Numbered from the stretch's first letter, positions 1-11,519 are shown. The stretch: 64,000 nucleotides of DNA from a candidate division WOR-3 bacterium (GCA_037481815.1 JBBFKX010000003.1:160001-224000), one strand, 5' to 3'. Made by a program: numbers and translations. The notes: generated from the letters alone by a model not told the origin.

Positions 1-423
1 AGTTTACCCATACATCATTTGATGCTTGAAGCAGCACGAAGTATCGATGAATGGAAACAGATAGAAAAGCTTATACCTTCTTTAGATCTTGTTGTAAAGG
101 TTGTTGAAAACCCTGATATCGACACCGATAACATAAAACTCTCAAGTGAAGAATGGAAGATGTTGACATTCGTTGATAACGTTTCAACGATAAAAGAGAT
201 CGCAAAAAAGGTCAACCAATCAGAGTTTCAGACAGCAAAAACGATCTATGGTCTTATAACGAGTGGACTCATAACTGTTGAAGAAAAAGAGGGACTCGAC
301 GATATTTTAAAGGAAATAGATGCACAGATAACAGATGAAAAAACGGATAATGAGAATAAAAAAGATGAAAGATCCGATGATAACAATAAAAAGGGTGGTA
401 TAAAAAAATTCTTTTCAAGATAG
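1..423 (+). CDS. DUF4388 (PATAN-like) domain protein, C-terminal part; truncated by window start
   Basis: Frame is open from base 1 (SLPIHHLMLEAARSIDEW). LxxEAARxxDEW followed by a winged-helix-like segment (LSSEEWKMLTFVD...LITSGLI) is typical of DUF4388 proteins. Confidence 0.6.
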   Translation, partial: SLPIHHLMLEAARSIDEWKQIEKLIPSLDLVVKVVENPDIDTDNIKLSSEEWKMLTFVDNVSTIKEIAKKVNQSEFQTAKTIYGLITSGLITVEEKEGLDDILKEIDAQITDEKTDNENKKDERSDDNNKKGGIKKFFSR

Positions 424-1158
424 AATCTTTAAAAATTCCTCTCTCTTTTTCTCCAAAAAAATCGTTGTGAGTTTTTCAAGGTTGATAACATCAAACATGT
501 TGTACTCTATCAATGTGTTTAACGAATCTTTTGAACCGTTTTTGTATTCCTGCCAGAGTAAAACAGCATCATAACCGGTTAAATTCTTCACCCTTTTAGA
601 CCTCTCGATCATAAATTTCTCTTCAAGTTTCTTTAAACCACCTTTCCATCCAACACTCTTTGTTGCTCTGAAAAGATCAAAATGAAAATCTGGTAAAGAT
701 AGAAAAGGAAACTCTTTTTTTATTTTTGGAATATCAAATGTCTGTCCGTTGAAAGAAACAAGTATTGATGGTATTGAAAACATCTTTTCAAGTTTCAAAT
801 AGTCCTCACCACTTTTATACACATAAAAATTCCCTCCAACATAAAGTCCTATCAAAGTTATCTCACCCTCAATGGATGTTTCTATATCTATATAACCTAT
901 CTCATTTTTATAATGTGTTAAAACTCTCCAGTAATCTCTATATTTCAATCTTTTGAAAAAATATTCCATATCATCGTTTTTAAATGAATTTATCGATCTT
1001 TTAACCTCATCTAAGATCTGGATGTTTTTTTTCTCACCAAAAGGAAGTTGGTTCCATTTCTCAACAACATCCCACCAGTTTTTGAAACCTTTTTTCCAGA
1101 GTTGTTCTTCTTTTTTATAACTTATTCCATCAATATGAATGAATGTATTCGTCAGCAT
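415..1158 (-). CDS. YprB-like RNase H-fold (DEDD) exonuclease
   Basis: MLTNTFIHIDGI N-terminus; YIDIET, SFNGQTFDIP, HFDL, GGLKKLE and YNMFDV motifs. Confidence 0.75.
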   Translation of the reverse strand: MLTNTFIHIDGISYKKEEQLWKKGFKNWWDVVEKWNQLPFGEKKNIQILDEVKRSINSFKNDDMEYFFKRLKYRDYWRVLTHYKNEIGYIDIETSIEGEITLIGLYVGGNFYVYKSGEDYLKLEKMFSIPSILVSFNGQTFDIPKIKKEFPFLSLPDFHFDLFRATKSVGWKGGLKKLEEKFMIERSKRVKNLTGYDAVLLWQEYKNGSKDSLNTLIEYNMFDVINLEKLTTIFLEKKREEFLKILS

Positions 1159-1843
1159 AGATCTCTAAAATTTCCTCATAAGAGATAGTATATATTTTTT
1201 TGTTATTTTTGTCTTTAAAAAATTTATTCATATTTCTGTTTCTGTTTTGTGTTAAAAAATTTAAAAAATCCCAAAGTTTGTGATATTTTTTCTCATAATC
1301 CTTTTTTCTTGAAATCGATATAAAAGATGAATCAACCTTCGGTGATGGATTAAACGAGTTTTTTTTGATAATAAAAAGATTTCTGATTTCAAAAAAGATG
1401 TTGACATATATTGAAATTGGAATAAAAAATCTTTTCACAAGTTTTTCCTGAAACTCCTTTTGAACTATAAGATATCCTTTCTTTATACTTTCAGATTCAA
1501 CAACCTTTTTAAAAATCTCTTTTGTTAAACTGTATGGAATACTTGAAACGGTTATCTCTTCTTTTATTTTATAATCAAGACAACTTGTATTTAAAATTTC
1601 AACATTTTCATTTTTTGAAAATTTTTCTTTTAAGATTTCAAAATATTTCTTATCGAGTTCAAGTATCACAAGTTTTTCAGGTTTTTTTGAGAGAATTGTT
1701 TCACTTATTCTTCCATCCCCTCCACCGATTTCAAGCACCCTTTTCCCTTCAAGATCAAAAAGAGAGTCCTCTATTTTTTTCAGCACATTTTTGTCGATCA
1801 AAAAATTCTGTGACAGTTTAACTCTTTTTACCGATGAATTCAT
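1130..1843 (-). CDS. rsmA: 16S rRNA adenine dimethyltransferase (RsmA/KsgA family)
   Basis: LSQNFL, VLEIGGGDG SAM-binding motif, QKE, FNPSPKVDS; sits in the metG-tatD-rsmA gene order. Confidence 0.8.
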   Translation of the reverse strand: MNSSVKRVKLSQNFLIDKNVLKKIEDSLFDLEGKRVLEIGGGDGRISETILSKKPEKLVILELDKKYFEILKEKFSKNENVEILNTSCLDYKIKEEITVSSIPYSLTKEIFKKVVESESIKKGYLIVQKEFQEKLVKRFFIPISIYVNIFFEIRNLFIIKKNSFNPSPKVDSSFISISRKKDYEKKYHKLWDFLNFLTQNRNRNMNKFFKDKNNKKIYTISYEEILEIYADEYIHSY

Positions 1844-2600
1844 AAAAATTTTTTTTAACTATTTTTTTCAAATCTTCAATGTCGATATTGAGCAACTCAG
1901 AAATTTTCTTATATATGTAAACAACATACTCTGGTCTATTCCTTTTGCCTCTGAATGGAACAGGAGAAAGGTATGGTGAATCGGTTTCGATGAGCATCCT
2001 TTCGATATGATCTTTTTTGATTATATCTTTTAAATCGTTGTTCTTGAAAGTTATGATTCCATTTATTCCAAAAAAATATCCTTTTGAAACTAAATTTTTT
2101 AGATTTTTTTCTGTACCTGAAAAACTATGGAACTCGAAAACCAGATCTTTATAATCATCAATTATTTCGAAAACCTCTTCGTATCCGTTTCTCACATGCA
2201 ACATCACAGGTTTTTTCTTTTTTCTCGCAAGATCCAACTGTTTTATAAAAAGTTCTTTCTGCTGTTTTAACTCATCCTTTTTGTGCCAGAAAAGGTCAAC
2301 ACCTATTTCCCCGATTCCAGAACAACCTTTTTCATCAAGCAATTTTTCTATTTCGTGAATATCTTGATCAGTGTAATTTGAAGCGTAGTGTGGATGTATT
2401 CCAGCAAAGTGATACACTTCAAAATCGTCAGGGAATTCTATGGAAAAAGATTTTTTGCTACTATCAACATCATATCCGACTATGTTTAAAATCCTGACAT
2501 TGTTTTCCCTCAAACTTGAGGTAAAAACATTCATATTTTTTTCAAACTCAAACTCCTCCATTTGAAGATGGAGGTGAGAATCAAGAAAAGGTTCAGCCAA
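1818..2600 (-). CDS. tatD: TatD family DNase/hydrolase
   Basis: DSHLH, GIHPH, GEIGVD, LHVR, FHSF and IETDSPYL motifs. The TTG at 2600, after a GGGG RBS, is a more plausible start than 2633. Confidence 0.9.
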   Translation of the reverse strand: MAEPFLDSHLHLQMEEFEFEKNMNVFTSSLRENNVRILNIVGYDVDSSKKSFSIEFPDDFEVYHFAGIHPHYASNYTDQDIHEIEKLLDEKGCSGIGEIGVDLFWHKKDELKQQKELFIKQLDLARKKKKPVMLHVRNGYEEVFEIIDDYKDLVFEFHSFSGTEKNLKNLVSKGYFFGINGIITFKNNDLKDIIKKDHIERMLIETDSPYLSPVPFRGKRNRPEYVVYIYKKISELLNIDIEDLKKIVKKNFYEFIGKKS

Positions 2601-4629
2601 CAGTATCCCCTGCTTCACAACTCTCATCAGCAAAAAGAACTTTTACCCTTGTTTTATCTTTATTGGAAGCGGCAAGAAGCATACCAAACGACTTGTTTCC
2701 CCTTATCGTTGCAGGTTCAAGATTTTTCACAACAATTATTTTTTTTCCAGTAAGATCTTCTGGTTTATAAAACAACGCAACTCCTGCAACAATATCTCTG
2801 ATTTCATCTCCAACATCGATTTTCAATTTCAAAAGTTTATCTGAATTCTCAACTTTTTCGCATGAGAGAACTTTTGCAACAACAAGTTGAACCTTTTTGA
2901 AATAGTCGATGGAGATATAGTTTTTATCTTCATCCTTTTTCTCTACTGATACAATTTCCGTTGAAACCTTTTGCCCCATCCTTTTTCTTTCTTCTTCGAT
3001 AACTTTATCCTCTATCTTTGAGAAAAGAATATCAAGTTTTTTATTTTTAAATTCCTGCAAAGGTTCTAAATTTTTTATATCATCCCATCTGAATTCTTTT
3101 ATCTCCAAAAAATCTCTCAGCCTTTTCGACGTGAATGGAATAAATGGATCACCAACACATGATAGAACAACAACCGCCTTCATACAAACATACAGAACAG
3201 TATCAAGGTAATCCCTATCATTTTTTGCAAGAACCCAAGGTTCCTTTGAAGCAAAATATTTGTTCGATTCTCTTGCTATATCCATGAACTCATATGTTGC
3301 TTTTCTCAACTGATAGGTTTCTATGTATTCCCCAACCTTTTGAACCTTTTCATATATCGTTTTCAAAAACTCTCTATCATCATCTTTTAACTCTTTTCCT
3401 TTCTTAACCTTTCCATCATTGTATTTTAAAACGAATTGCACGGTTCTATTTATGAAATTTCCATATATATCGGCAAGTTCCCCATTGTTTCGGTTTTGAA
3501 ACTCTGTCCATGAAAAATCGGTATCTTTATTTTCCGGGAGTATTGATGCAAGAACATACCTTAAAATATCCGGTGGAAACCTTTTAAGATAATCGTCAAG
3601 CCAGACAGCCCAGTTCCTGGATGTCGAAAGTTTTTTTCCTTCGATATTCAAATACTCGTTTGCGGGAATATCATAAGGTAGATTATAACCCTCCTCAACT
3701 CCCATAAGTATTGATGGCCAGATTACAGAATGAAAAACTATGTTATCCTTTCCTAAAAAATGTATGATTCTTGTATCTTTATCCTTCCACCATTTTTCCC
3801 ATCCATTCTTATCACCTTTATTTTCAAAATACTCCATAGTTGAAGATATGTATCCTATAGGTGCGTCAAACCAGACATAAAGAACTTTGTTTTCAAATCC
3901 TTCGATTGGGACTTTCACTCCCCAATCAAGATCTCTTGTTATGGCTCTTGGTTTCAAACCTTCTTTGATCCATCCAAGAGAGAACTCTTTAACATTATCT
4001 TTCCACCATGTCCGCGAATTTATGTACTCTTTCAATCTATCCTGAAACTTATCAAGATCAAGATAAAAATGTTCTGTCTCTTTTACAACAGGTGTAGCAC
4101 CACAGATTTTACATTTTGGATCTATCAACGAAACATTATCTATCGGTTTTCCACAGGTATCACATTGATCACCTCTAGCCCCTTCTGCTTTACAATGTGG
4201 ACAAATGCCTTCAACATATCTATCGGGTAAAAATCTTTTACAATTTTCACAGTAGTACTGTTTCTCAACCTTTTTTGAAACATATCCATTTTGATAAAGT
4301 TTCAAAAAGAAATGTTTTGCATTCTCATGATGTATTGGCCTTGAAGTTCCCGAAAAATTATCGAAAACGATTCCAAATTTTTCAAAAGAATCTTTCATAA
4401 CCTTATGGTAATAATCAACTATCTCTTTTGGAGTTTTCTTCATCTCGTCCGCTTTGATCGTTATTGGAACACCATGTTCATCACTTCCACAGATAAAACA
4501 AACTTCCTCTCCTTTGAGTTTCAAATATCTCACAAAAATATCAGCAGGAAGATAGCATCCTGCAAGGTGACCTATGTGGATTGGACCATTGGCATAAGGT
4601 AATGCAGCGGTTACGAGATACCTTGTCAT
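2593..4629 (-). CDS. metG: Methionine--tRNA ligase with C-terminal tRNA-binding domain
   Basis: ALPYANGPIHIGH (HIGH), zinc-knuckle cysteines, KLSTS (KMSKS-like), OB-fold tail. ATG at 4629 follows GGAGG. Confidence 0.97.
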   Translation of the reverse strand: MTRYLVTAALPYANGPIHIGHLAGCYLPADIFVRYLKLKGEEVCFICGSDEHGVPITIKADEMKKTPKEIVDYYHKVMKDSFEKFGIVFDNFSGTSRPIHHENAKHFFLKLYQNGYVSKKVEKQYYCENCKRFLPDRYVEGICPHCKAEGARGDQCDTCGKPIDNVSLIDPKCKICGATPVVKETEHFYLDLDKFQDRLKEYINSRTWWKDNVKEFSLGWIKEGLKPRAITRDLDWGVKVPIEGFENKVLYVWFDAPIGYISSTMEYFENKGDKNGWEKWWKDKDTRIIHFLGKDNIVFHSVIWPSILMGVEEGYNLPYDIPANEYLNIEGKKLSTSRNWAVWLDDYLKRFPPDILRYVLASILPENKDTDFSWTEFQNRNNGELADIYGNFINRTVQFVLKYNDGKVKKGKELKDDDREFLKTIYEKVQKVGEYIETYQLRKATYEFMDIARESNKYFASKEPWVLAKNDRDYLDTVLYVCMKAVVVLSCVGDPFIPFTSKRLRDFLEIKEFRWDDIKNLEPLQEFKNKKLDILFSKIEDKVIEEERKRMGQKVSTEIVSVEKKDEDKNYISIDYFKKVQLVVAKVLSCEKVENSDKLLKLKIDVGDEIRDIVAGVALFYKPEDLTGKKIIVVKNLEPATIRGNKSFGMLLAASNKDKTRVKVLFADESCEAGDTVG

Positions 4630-5471
4630 CAATCCTCCTTTGTTTTGTTGAGGTTTGGGACAAATTTCCATTTTTTCTTTTTGATTCTATTGAACTCATC
4701 AAGTGTGTGTGTTATCAGTCCGCCATTCTCTTCAACATCTTTGTATTGTATCGTTACAAGGTCATTGTATATATCAAGTTTCACAATTTTACCTTCACCT
4801 AAAGTTGTTATAACATTTGAATTTATAGGAGGGAATCTCTTATACACATCCTCGTAAAAATCCATTTCGTACATCAGGCAACACATCAATCTTCCACACA
4901 TCCCTGATACTTTTTGAGGTGTTACTGAAAGACCCTGATCTTTCAATGTCTGTAAAGTTATCGCTTCAAAATCTTTCAAAAATCTTCTACAACACAACTC
5001 TTCACCACATGCCCCAAAACCTCCCAACCTTTTAGCATAATCTCTTACTCCTATCTGTTTCATCTGAATTCTCGCATGAAAGTATGAAGCGAGTTGTTTT
5101 ACAAGATTTCTAAAATCGACCCTTTTTTCAGAAATAAAATAGAAGGTTATATGTTGCCCATCAAAATGTATCTCAATATCAACAAGTTTTATATTGAGTC
5201 CATTCTCCTTTATGAATTTCAAAGTTGGTTCATAAGCATCTTTTTCTTTCATCTCGTTTGATTTTTTTAACCTTATATCATCGTCTGTTGCCTTCCTTAT
5301 GATTTTCCCAATAGATTTCTCAAACTCGTATGGAAAGATTTTCAAAAGAATTCCTATATCAAGCCCCTGATCATGTTGACACACAACATATTTCCCTTCC
5401 TCAACATCTATGTTTGTTGGTATTTCAAACATCTTTCTCTCAGCACCTCTGAACTCAACTCTTCCAAACAT
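4629..5471 (-). CDS. PSP1-domain protein (YaaT/RicT family)
   Basis: RVDFRNLVK, QIGVRD, CGEELCC and SGMCGRLMCCLMYE motifs; lies between holB and metG. Confidence 0.9.
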   Translation of the reverse strand: MFGRVEFRGAERKMFEIPTNIDVEEGKYVVCQHDQGLDIGILLKIFPYEFEKSIGKIIRKATDDDIRLKKSNEMKEKDAYEPTLKFIKENGLNIKLVDIEIHFDGQHITFYFISEKRVDFRNLVKQLASYFHARIQMKQIGVRDYAKRLGGFGACGEELCCRRFLKDFEAITLQTLKDQGLSVTPQKVSGMCGRLMCCLMYEMDFYEDVYKRFPPINSNVITTLGEGKIVKLDIYNDLVTIQYKDVEENGGLITHTLDEFNRIKKKKWKFVPNLNKTKED

Positions 5472-6480
5472 TATCTTTAACTCCTTCCTTTAAATCAAAG
5501 AGGTGATTTATTATATGAGCAGTTTGAAAGTTCACCCTTATATCCTGTTCAATACTCATCAACTCTTCAAGCATCTCTGACAAATTTTCAGCAGTTTTAG
5601 CATTTTCACTTTCAAGTATTTTTTCGTTCAAATATTTTGATAAAACCTTTAAAAAAAGTTTTAAAAAATATTTTTCTTCTCCCTTTTTTGAAAGGGTTGA
5701 AAAATATTTTAAAAATCCATCCCTATCACCAGACAGAAACATATTCAAACTCTTTTGAGAATCGAAGGTTGTTTCAAGATCGATCTCTGGGCTTATATAA
5801 CCATCAAAAATATAAAGATAGTTTTCTATTTTCTTTTCATCGTATCCAAGTTCTTTATATATTTTATAAAAATCATCCTTTGTCAGATAACCAAATTTTA
5901 AGACCTGACATCTTGAAACTATGGTTGGTAATACACCGTTCAAATTATCAGTTGTTAGAATAAACATCGTGGATTTTGGTGGTTCTTCAAGAATTTTTAA
6001 AAATGTGTTCGCTGATTCTTTTCTCATCATTTCAATGTTCCTGACGATGAAAATTCTCTTTTCACCCAAATATGGTTTTGTCGAAGATTCAACTATAATC
6101 TCTCTTACAAGATCAACCGGGATATTTTCGTTCCCCGAAAAAGAAAAGAAATTTAAAAAAAACAATGTTCTTTCTTTTTTGGTTGTCTTATCTTTTACAC
6201 CTTCCTGTAAAATTTCATTTATAGATTTCAAAATCGAATCTGAACTTATAAGATCCTTTTTCAAAAAAGGATACACGATAAACAGATCTGGATGTTTAAA
6301 CTCTTCAACATGTTTTCTATATTTCTCTCCAAAAATCTGTACAGCGAACTCTAAAGCAAGAGAGAATTTTCCAACACCTTTGTTTCCAGTAAAAAGGTAA
6401 GCGTTTGCTACCTTTTTTTCGAGAATGGATTTTTCAAGAATACTTTTCACTTTTGAATGACCAACGATATTTTCAAACAT
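5455..6480 (-). CDS. holB: DNA polymerase III delta-prime subunit
   Basis: AYLFTGNKGVGK, HPD, ANTFLKILEEPP and LPTIVSRC motifs. Confidence 0.88.
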   Translation of the reverse strand: MFENIVGHSKVKSILEKSILEKKVANAYLFTGNKGVGKFSLALEFAVQIFGEKYRKHVEEFKHPDLFIVYPFLKKDLISSDSILKSINEILQEGVKDKTTKKERTLFFLNFFSFSGNENIPVDLVREIIVESSTKPYLGEKRIFIVRNIEMMRKESANTFLKILEEPPKSTMFILTTDNLNGVLPTIVSRCQVLKFGYLTKDDFYKIYKELGYDEKKIENYLYIFDGYISPEIDLETTFDSQKSLNMFLSGDRDGFLKYFSTLSKKGEEKYFLKLFLKVLSKYLNEKILESENAKTAENLSEMLEELMSIEQDIRVNFQTAHIINHLFDLKEGVKDNVWKS

Positions 6481-6481
6481 A

Positions 6482-7690
6482 CTATTTCTTTTTCAGATAT
6501 TGTAAAGGATTTATAGGCTTCCCATCTTTTCTCATCTCAAAATGTAAAACTGGCCCTTCAAGCGAACCCGTATCACCACCTTTTCCTATAACCTCACCTG
6601 CAAGAACCGGCTGGTTCAGCACCACATCTATTTCAGACAGATGAGCGTACAATGTATAATAACCGTTTCCATGATCTATCATCACCACATTACCATATCC
6701 TAAAAATTTATCAGCATAGATTATATCACCATCATAAACGGCGTATATAGGATCCCCGATGTTCACTTTTATATCGATTCCATTATTTATCGTTTTAGTT
6801 CCATATTTTGGATGCATAACTGAACCATAAGATGAAATCACTTTTCCATTTGCAGGCCAGATCACTTTACCCTTGTTCAGATCAAAATAATGTTTACCTT
6901 CAGAAACATCCCTTTTCTTGTCAATCTTTTTCTGAGCGATCCTCAATTTGTTTATAAGATATTGCAAAGATTCCTGTGATTTGATCAACTCTTTTTCGAT
7001 ATCTGTCTGTTTTTTCTGCTCCGTCTGCAAACCTTTCAAAAATTGCTTTTTTTGCTCGATTTTATTCTGGAGTTCCTGTTTTTCTTTTTCAACTTCACTT
7101 TTCACAACAAGCAGTTGTTCTTTGCTCTGGTTGTACTCCTTTAGTTTTGTCTGATATAACACCTGCAACTTTTTGACTTTATCATAAAGTTTTTTATCCT
7201 GTTTTGCCAAAAGCAATAGGTATCTTATCCTTTTTGCAAGATCAGCAAAAGATTTTGAGGTAAATACAACTTCAAAAGTGTGTATTTTTCCTTTTTTGTA
7301 GATGTTTATTACTCTTGTTTTTAATTTTGCTCTTCTATCGTTCAACTCATTTTGAACCTTTACAAGTTCTTTTTCAGTTGTATCTATTTTTAATGTCAAA
7401 AGTTTATCTTTTGTTTCAAGTTGTTTTATCAGAAGATCCGTTAAATATATCTCCTCATCCATCTTGTTTAAACTGTAAAGTGTTTTTGTTTCTTCAAGTT
7501 TTAACGAGTCCTTTCTCTCTTTGATCTGATTTAACTGTTTTTTGAGATCATTCAATTTCTTCTCATTTTCACTGATCTTTTTATCAATATCATCATCAGC
7601 AAAAATCGTTGAAAAAATCAAAAGAAAAAACAGGAAACTAAAAACAACTTTTTTTGATGATACTATCAACGATATCTTCCTTTTTAACAT
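6482..7690 (-). CDS. EnvC-like murein hydrolase activator (coiled coil plus M23 domain)
   Basis: Signal peptide, long coiled coil, NGIDI, YAHL and LHFE M23 motifs; first zinc His appears replaced by Asn, as in EnvC. Start uncertain (7690 or 7702). Confidence 0.8.
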   Translation of the reverse strand: MLKRKISLIVSSKKVVFSFLFFLLIFSTIFADDDIDKKISENEKKLNDLKKQLNQIKERKDSLKLEETKTLYSLNKMDEEIYLTDLLIKQLETKDKLLTLKIDTTEKELVKVQNELNDRRAKLKTRVINIYKKGKIHTFEVVFTSKSFADLAKRIRYLLLLAKQDKKLYDKVKKLQVLYQTKLKEYNQSKEQLLVVKSEVEKEKQELQNKIEQKKQFLKGLQTEQKKQTDIEKELIKSQESLQYLINKLRIAQKKIDKKRDVSEGKHYFDLNKGKVIWPANGKVISSYGSVMHPKYGTKTINNGIDIKVNIGDPIYAVYDGDIIYADKFLGYGNVVMIDHGNGYYTLYAHLSEIDVVLNQPVLAGEVIGKGGDTGSLEGPVLHFEMRKDGKPINPLQYLKKK

Positions 7691-8606
7691 TTTCCATCTC
7701 ACCTTTGAATGACAGAATCAACCTGTGTTTTAAAACATAGGGAGCAACTTTTACAACATCATCTATATCGGGCGTAACTCTTCCATCCATCAGTGCATAT
7801 CCTTTTGCTGCAGCGATGATAAAAATTCCAGCCCTTGGACTCGCTCCCCATTTGATATACTCTTTTACAAGATCAACTTCACTCGTTTCAGGTCTTGAGT
7901 TTCTTAAAATTTTTGAAACAGTTTCAACGATGTTCGACCCAACAGGTGCACTTTTAACATATTCCTGTATCTTTATTATATCATCCTTTTTAACTATGCC
8001 CTGATCAATTTTAAAATCTTCGTTCACGATCCTTTGTTTTAAAATCTCCATCTCATATCTTTTTTCAGGATAATCTATCTGTATCATGAACATAAATCTA
8101 TCAAGTTCCGCCTCAGGTAAAGGATATGTACCTTCCTGTTCGATCGGGTTCTGTGTGGCAAACACATTGAACGGTTTTTCGAGTTGATAATCAACACCTT
8201 CATTTGTGACCATTCTTTCTTCCATCGATTGCAAAAGTGCTGCCTGAGTTTTGGGAGGTGTTCTATTTATCTCATCGGCAAGTATTATATTTGCAAACAC
8301 AGGACCTTTTATGAACTTGTACAGGGTTTCATTTCCATCCTTTCTTAGGACTGTTGTTCCAGTAATATCTGAAGGCATAAGATCCGGTGTAAACTGGATT
8401 CTACTATATTTACAATCTATGCTCTTTGCGATAAGTTTTATTATCAATGTTTTTGCAAGACCGGGAACACCAACTATTATTGAATGAGAATCACATATCA
8501 AAGTCAAAAATACCATCCTTATTATCTGATCCTGTCCTGCTACAACTTTTTTTACATTCTCTTCTATTCTTTTATAAATTTTTGAAACATCTATGATTTC
8601 ATTCAT
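7638..8606 (-). CDS. MoxR family AAA+ ATPase
   Basis: [35 protein letters not shown] and [22 protein letters not shown] motifs. Confidence 0.93.
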   Translation of the reverse strand: MNEIIDVSKIYKRIEENVKKVVAGQDQIIRMVFLTLICDSHSIIVGVPGLAKTLIIKLIAKSIDCKYSRIQFTPDLMPSDITGTTVLRKDGNETLYKFIKGPVFANIILADEINRTPPKTQAALLQSMEERMVTNEGVDYQLEKPFNVFATQNPIEQEGTYPLPEAELDRFMFMIQIDYPEKRYEMEILKQRIVNEDFKIDQGIVKKDDIIKIQEYVKSAPVGSNIVETVSKILRNSRPETSEVDLVKEYIKWGASPRAGIFIIAAAKGYALMDGRVTPDIDDVVKVAPYVLKHRLILSFKGEMENVKKEDIVDSIIKKSCF

Positions 8607-11130
8607 CTTTTTCCTCTAAATTCTCTTCTTCATCTGATCCTTCATCCTCTTCCCCATACTGTTGTTCATCAACATTTTTTTCACTTCCATTTCCATTCTC
8701 GTTGTATTCATGTGCTATTATCGCAACATCGACTAGTTTATCACCTTCTGCAAGGTTCATCAATCTAACACCAGCAGTGTTCCTTCCGATAACTCTTATA
8801 TCCGATACTGCAATCCTTACTATCTGTCCCGATTCTGCTATCAAAAGAAGTTCATCTTTATCAAGAACTTCGATAGCATCAACAACAGCACCGTTCCTTT
8901 CATGTGTTTTTATCGCTATTACCCCTTTTCCACCTCTATGTGTCTTTCTGTATTCCTGCATCTCTGATCTTTTTCCATATCCATTTTCTGTTGCAATAAA
9001 CAGTGTCGATTCCCTTTTAACAACAACCATGCTGACAACCTCATCACCCTCTTCAAGTGTGACACCTTTAACTCCAGTTGCTCCTCTTCCCATATCTCTC
9101 ACTTCATTTTCTTCAAACCTTATCGCCATTCCCCACTTTGTCACTATGATAACATCGTTTGTTCCATCTGTTAAAGCAACATCTGCAACATTATCATTTT
9201 CATTAAGGTTGAGAGCGATTATTCCACCTTTTCGAGGATTGCTGAATGCGGAAAGTTCTGTTTTCTTTGCTATACCATTTTTTGTGATTATGAAGACAAA
9301 ATGTTTATCATCAAACTCTCTTACGGGAACAGTTCCTCTGATCTCTTCATCCTTTTCAAGTTCAAGAAGGTTGACTATCGCTCTTCCTTTTGATGTTCTT
9401 CCACCTTCAGGGATCTGGAAAACTTTCAACCAGTAAACCTTTCCTTTGTTTGTGAAGAATAGAATATACTGATGTGTTGATGCGATAAAAATCTTTTCAG
9501 CGAAATCATCATCCTTTGTTGTTAATCCGATAACTCCCTTTCCCCCTCTATTCTGTTTCCTGTATGAGGAAATAGATTGTCTTTTTATATATCCCTGATG
9601 TGTTATCGTCACTATAACATTTTCATCCGCTATAAGATCCTCTATTTCAAGTTCCTCATCCTCATTTGGAACTATTTCTGTCAATCTTCCGTCTCCATAC
9701 TCTTTTTTGATTTCAAGAAGTTCCTCTTTTACAACATTCAGAATATTTTTTTCAGATGAAAGTATGAATTTCAACCTTTCGATAAGTTTTATCAACTCTT
9801 CATACTCCTGATCGAGTTTCTCCCTTTCAAGGCCGGTCAACCTTGCAAGTTTCATTTCAAGTATCGCGTTTGCCTGAATTTCTGATAGTTTAAATTTTTT
9901 CTGAAGTTTTTCTGATGCATCCTGAACATTCTCTGATGTTTTTATTATTTTTACAACTTCATCGATATTTGAAACTGCGATTTTCAGTCCTTCAACGATG
10001 TGTGCCCTTTCCTCTGCTTTTTTCAGATCAAATTCTGTTCTTCTTCTGACAACTTCTTCTCTATGTTTTATGTAATGATGGATAATATCCTTCAATCCTA
10101 AAACTTTTGGTTCATTGTTCACAAGACAGATAAACATTATGGAATATGAGGTCTTCAGTTGAGTGTGTTTATAGAGTTGATTTAAAACAACTCTTTTCTC
10201 TGCACCTCTTTTGAGTTCAAGCACTATCCTCATTCCATCCCTATCGCTCTCATCTCTTATATCTGAAATATCTTCTATAACTTTGTTGTTAACAAGTTCA
10301 GCGATCTTTTCGATCAATTTTGCTTTATTTGTCTGATAGGGTATTTCAGTTATAATGATCTGTTCTTTTTCATTCTTTTTTGTTTCAAATTTAACTTTTC
10401 CTTTTAAAATTATCTGCCCTTTTCCTGTCTCATACGCTTTTTTTATTCCACTTATTCCCTGAATTATTCCACCTGTCGGGAAATCTGGTCCCTTTATATA
10501 TTTCATCAACTTTTCAACACTGATTTCAGGGTTATCTATGTATGCAACCATTCCATCAACAAGTTCTGTGATGTTATGTGGTGGAATATTTGTAGCCATT
10601 CCAACAGCGATTCCAGAAGTTCCATTCGCAAGAATGTTTGGAAACTTTGATGGGAGAACTACCGGTTCTTTGTAAGAACCATCAAAGTTTGGCATAAAGT
10701 TGACAGTATCCTTATCGATATCAACAAGCATCTCCTCAGCGATTTTTGAGAGTTTTGCTTCCGTGTACCTGTAAGCAGCAGCAGAATCACCATCTATTGA
10801 ACCAAAGTTTCCCTGTCCTTTCACAAGTGGATACCTTAATGAAAAGTCCTGAACCATTCTGACGAGTGTTTCATAAACAGCCATATCTCCATGAGGATGG
10901 TATTTACCAAGAACATCTCCAACAACTGTTGCTGACTTTTTAAACGGTTTGTTGTGGTAAAGCCCAAGTTCTTTCATCGCATAGAGTATTCTACGATGTA
11001 CTGGTTTTAAACCATCACGAACATCAGGTAAAGCCCTGCTTATGATTACAGACATTGCGTAATCGAGATAAGAGGACTTCATTTCATCTTCGATAGTTAC
11101 ATCAATGATTCTCTGTCTGTTGATATCCAT
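8599..11130 (-). CDS. gyrA: DNA gyrase subunit A
   Basis: [23 protein letters not shown], catalytic AAYRYTE, GyrA-box QNRGGKG, C-terminal pinwheel repeats and acidic tail. Confidence 0.97.
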   Translation of the reverse strand: MDINRQRIIDVTIEDEMKSSYLDYAMSVIISRALPDVRDGLKPVHRRILYAMKELGLYHNKPFKKSATVVGDVLGKYHPHGDMAVYETLVRMVQDFSLRYPLVKGQGNFGSIDGDSAAAYRYTEAKLSKIAEEMLVDIDKDTVNFMPNFDGSYKEPVVLPSKFPNILANGTSGIAVGMATNIPPHNITELVDGMVAYIDNPEISVEKLMKYIKGPDFPTGGIIQGISGIKKAYETGKGQIILKGKVKFETKKNEKEQIIITEIPYQTNKAKLIEKIAELVNNKVIEDISDIRDESDRDGMRIVLELKRGAEKRVVLNQLYKHTQLKTSYSIMFICLVNNEPKVLGLKDIIHHYIKHREEVVRRRTEFDLKKAEERAHIVEGLKIAVSNIDEVVKIIKTSENVQDASEKLQKKFKLSEIQANAILEMKLARLTGLEREKLDQEYEELIKLIERLKFILSSEKNILNVVKEELLEIKKEYGDGRLTEIVPNEDEELEIEDLIADENVIVTITHQGYIKRQSISSYRKQNRGGKGVIGLTTKDDDFAEKIFIASTHQYILFFTNKGKVYWLKVFQIPEGGRTSKGRAIVNLLELEKDEEIRGTVPVREFDDKHFVFIITKNGIAKKTELSAFSNPRKGGIIALNLNENDNVADVALTDGTNDVIIVTKWGMAIRFEENEVRDMGRGATGVKGVTLEEGDEVVSMVVVKRESTLFIATENGYGKRSEMQEYRKTHRGGKGVIAIKTHERNGAVVDAIEVLDKDELLLIAESGQIVRIAVSDIRVIGRNTAGVRLMNLAEGDKLVDVAIIAHEYNENGNGSEKNVDEQQYGEEDEGSDEEENLEEKDE

Positions 11131-11142
11131 TTACAAAACTCC

Positions 11143-11445
11143 TTAGTATTGTGGATAATTTTTATTTTTCACATTACCATTATTTTTATTGTAAACAAAA
11201 TCCTCTAACGGATTTTCAAGTGTTAGATTTAGTTCAGAAAGATCCTCAGGATACCTTCCATTGTTCATATAAAATGTTGCTATACCATTCCTTAACTTGT
11301 TAAGGTCAGATAACACTTTTGTTTTATCCGGAAGTTGTAAAACCTTTTCTGTTGTTTCTATTGTTTCTTTTTTTGTCTCACAAGCGTTGAATAACATCGA
11401 TATAAATAAAATTATCATAAAAATAAATAATATTCTTTTTATCAT
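11143..11445 (-). CDS. Small lipoprotein with pseudopilin-G-like C-terminal helix
   Basis: Lipobox-like LFNAC; DLNKLRNGIATFYMNNGRYPEDLSEL resembles the GspG/pilin head; GGAG RBS. Confidence 0.55.
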   Translation of the reverse strand: MIKRILFIFMIILFISMLFNACETKKETIETTEKVLQLPDKTKVLSDLNKLRNGIATFYMNNGRYPEDLSELNLTLENPLEDFVYNKNNGNVKNKNYPQY

Positions 11446-11519
11446 AATAAGAACTCCTAAAATTTAATGTTTTATTATAACAAAAAACTGAAAATCTTTC
11501 AACTAAAATCAGTTATTTT

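Noticed and set aside
415..1158. Exonuclease as a CRISPR-adaptation accessory (Cas4/DnaQ substitute)
   Set aside because: It lies over 10 kb from the cas genes at the end of a housekeeping operon; no evidence of linkage.
8702..9436. 244-aa ORF antisense to gyrA, and similar shadows at 53295-53942, 22411-22965 and 5921-6400
   Set aside because: Fully antisense to well-supported genes, with Ser/Phe/Ile-rich mirror composition and no motifs.
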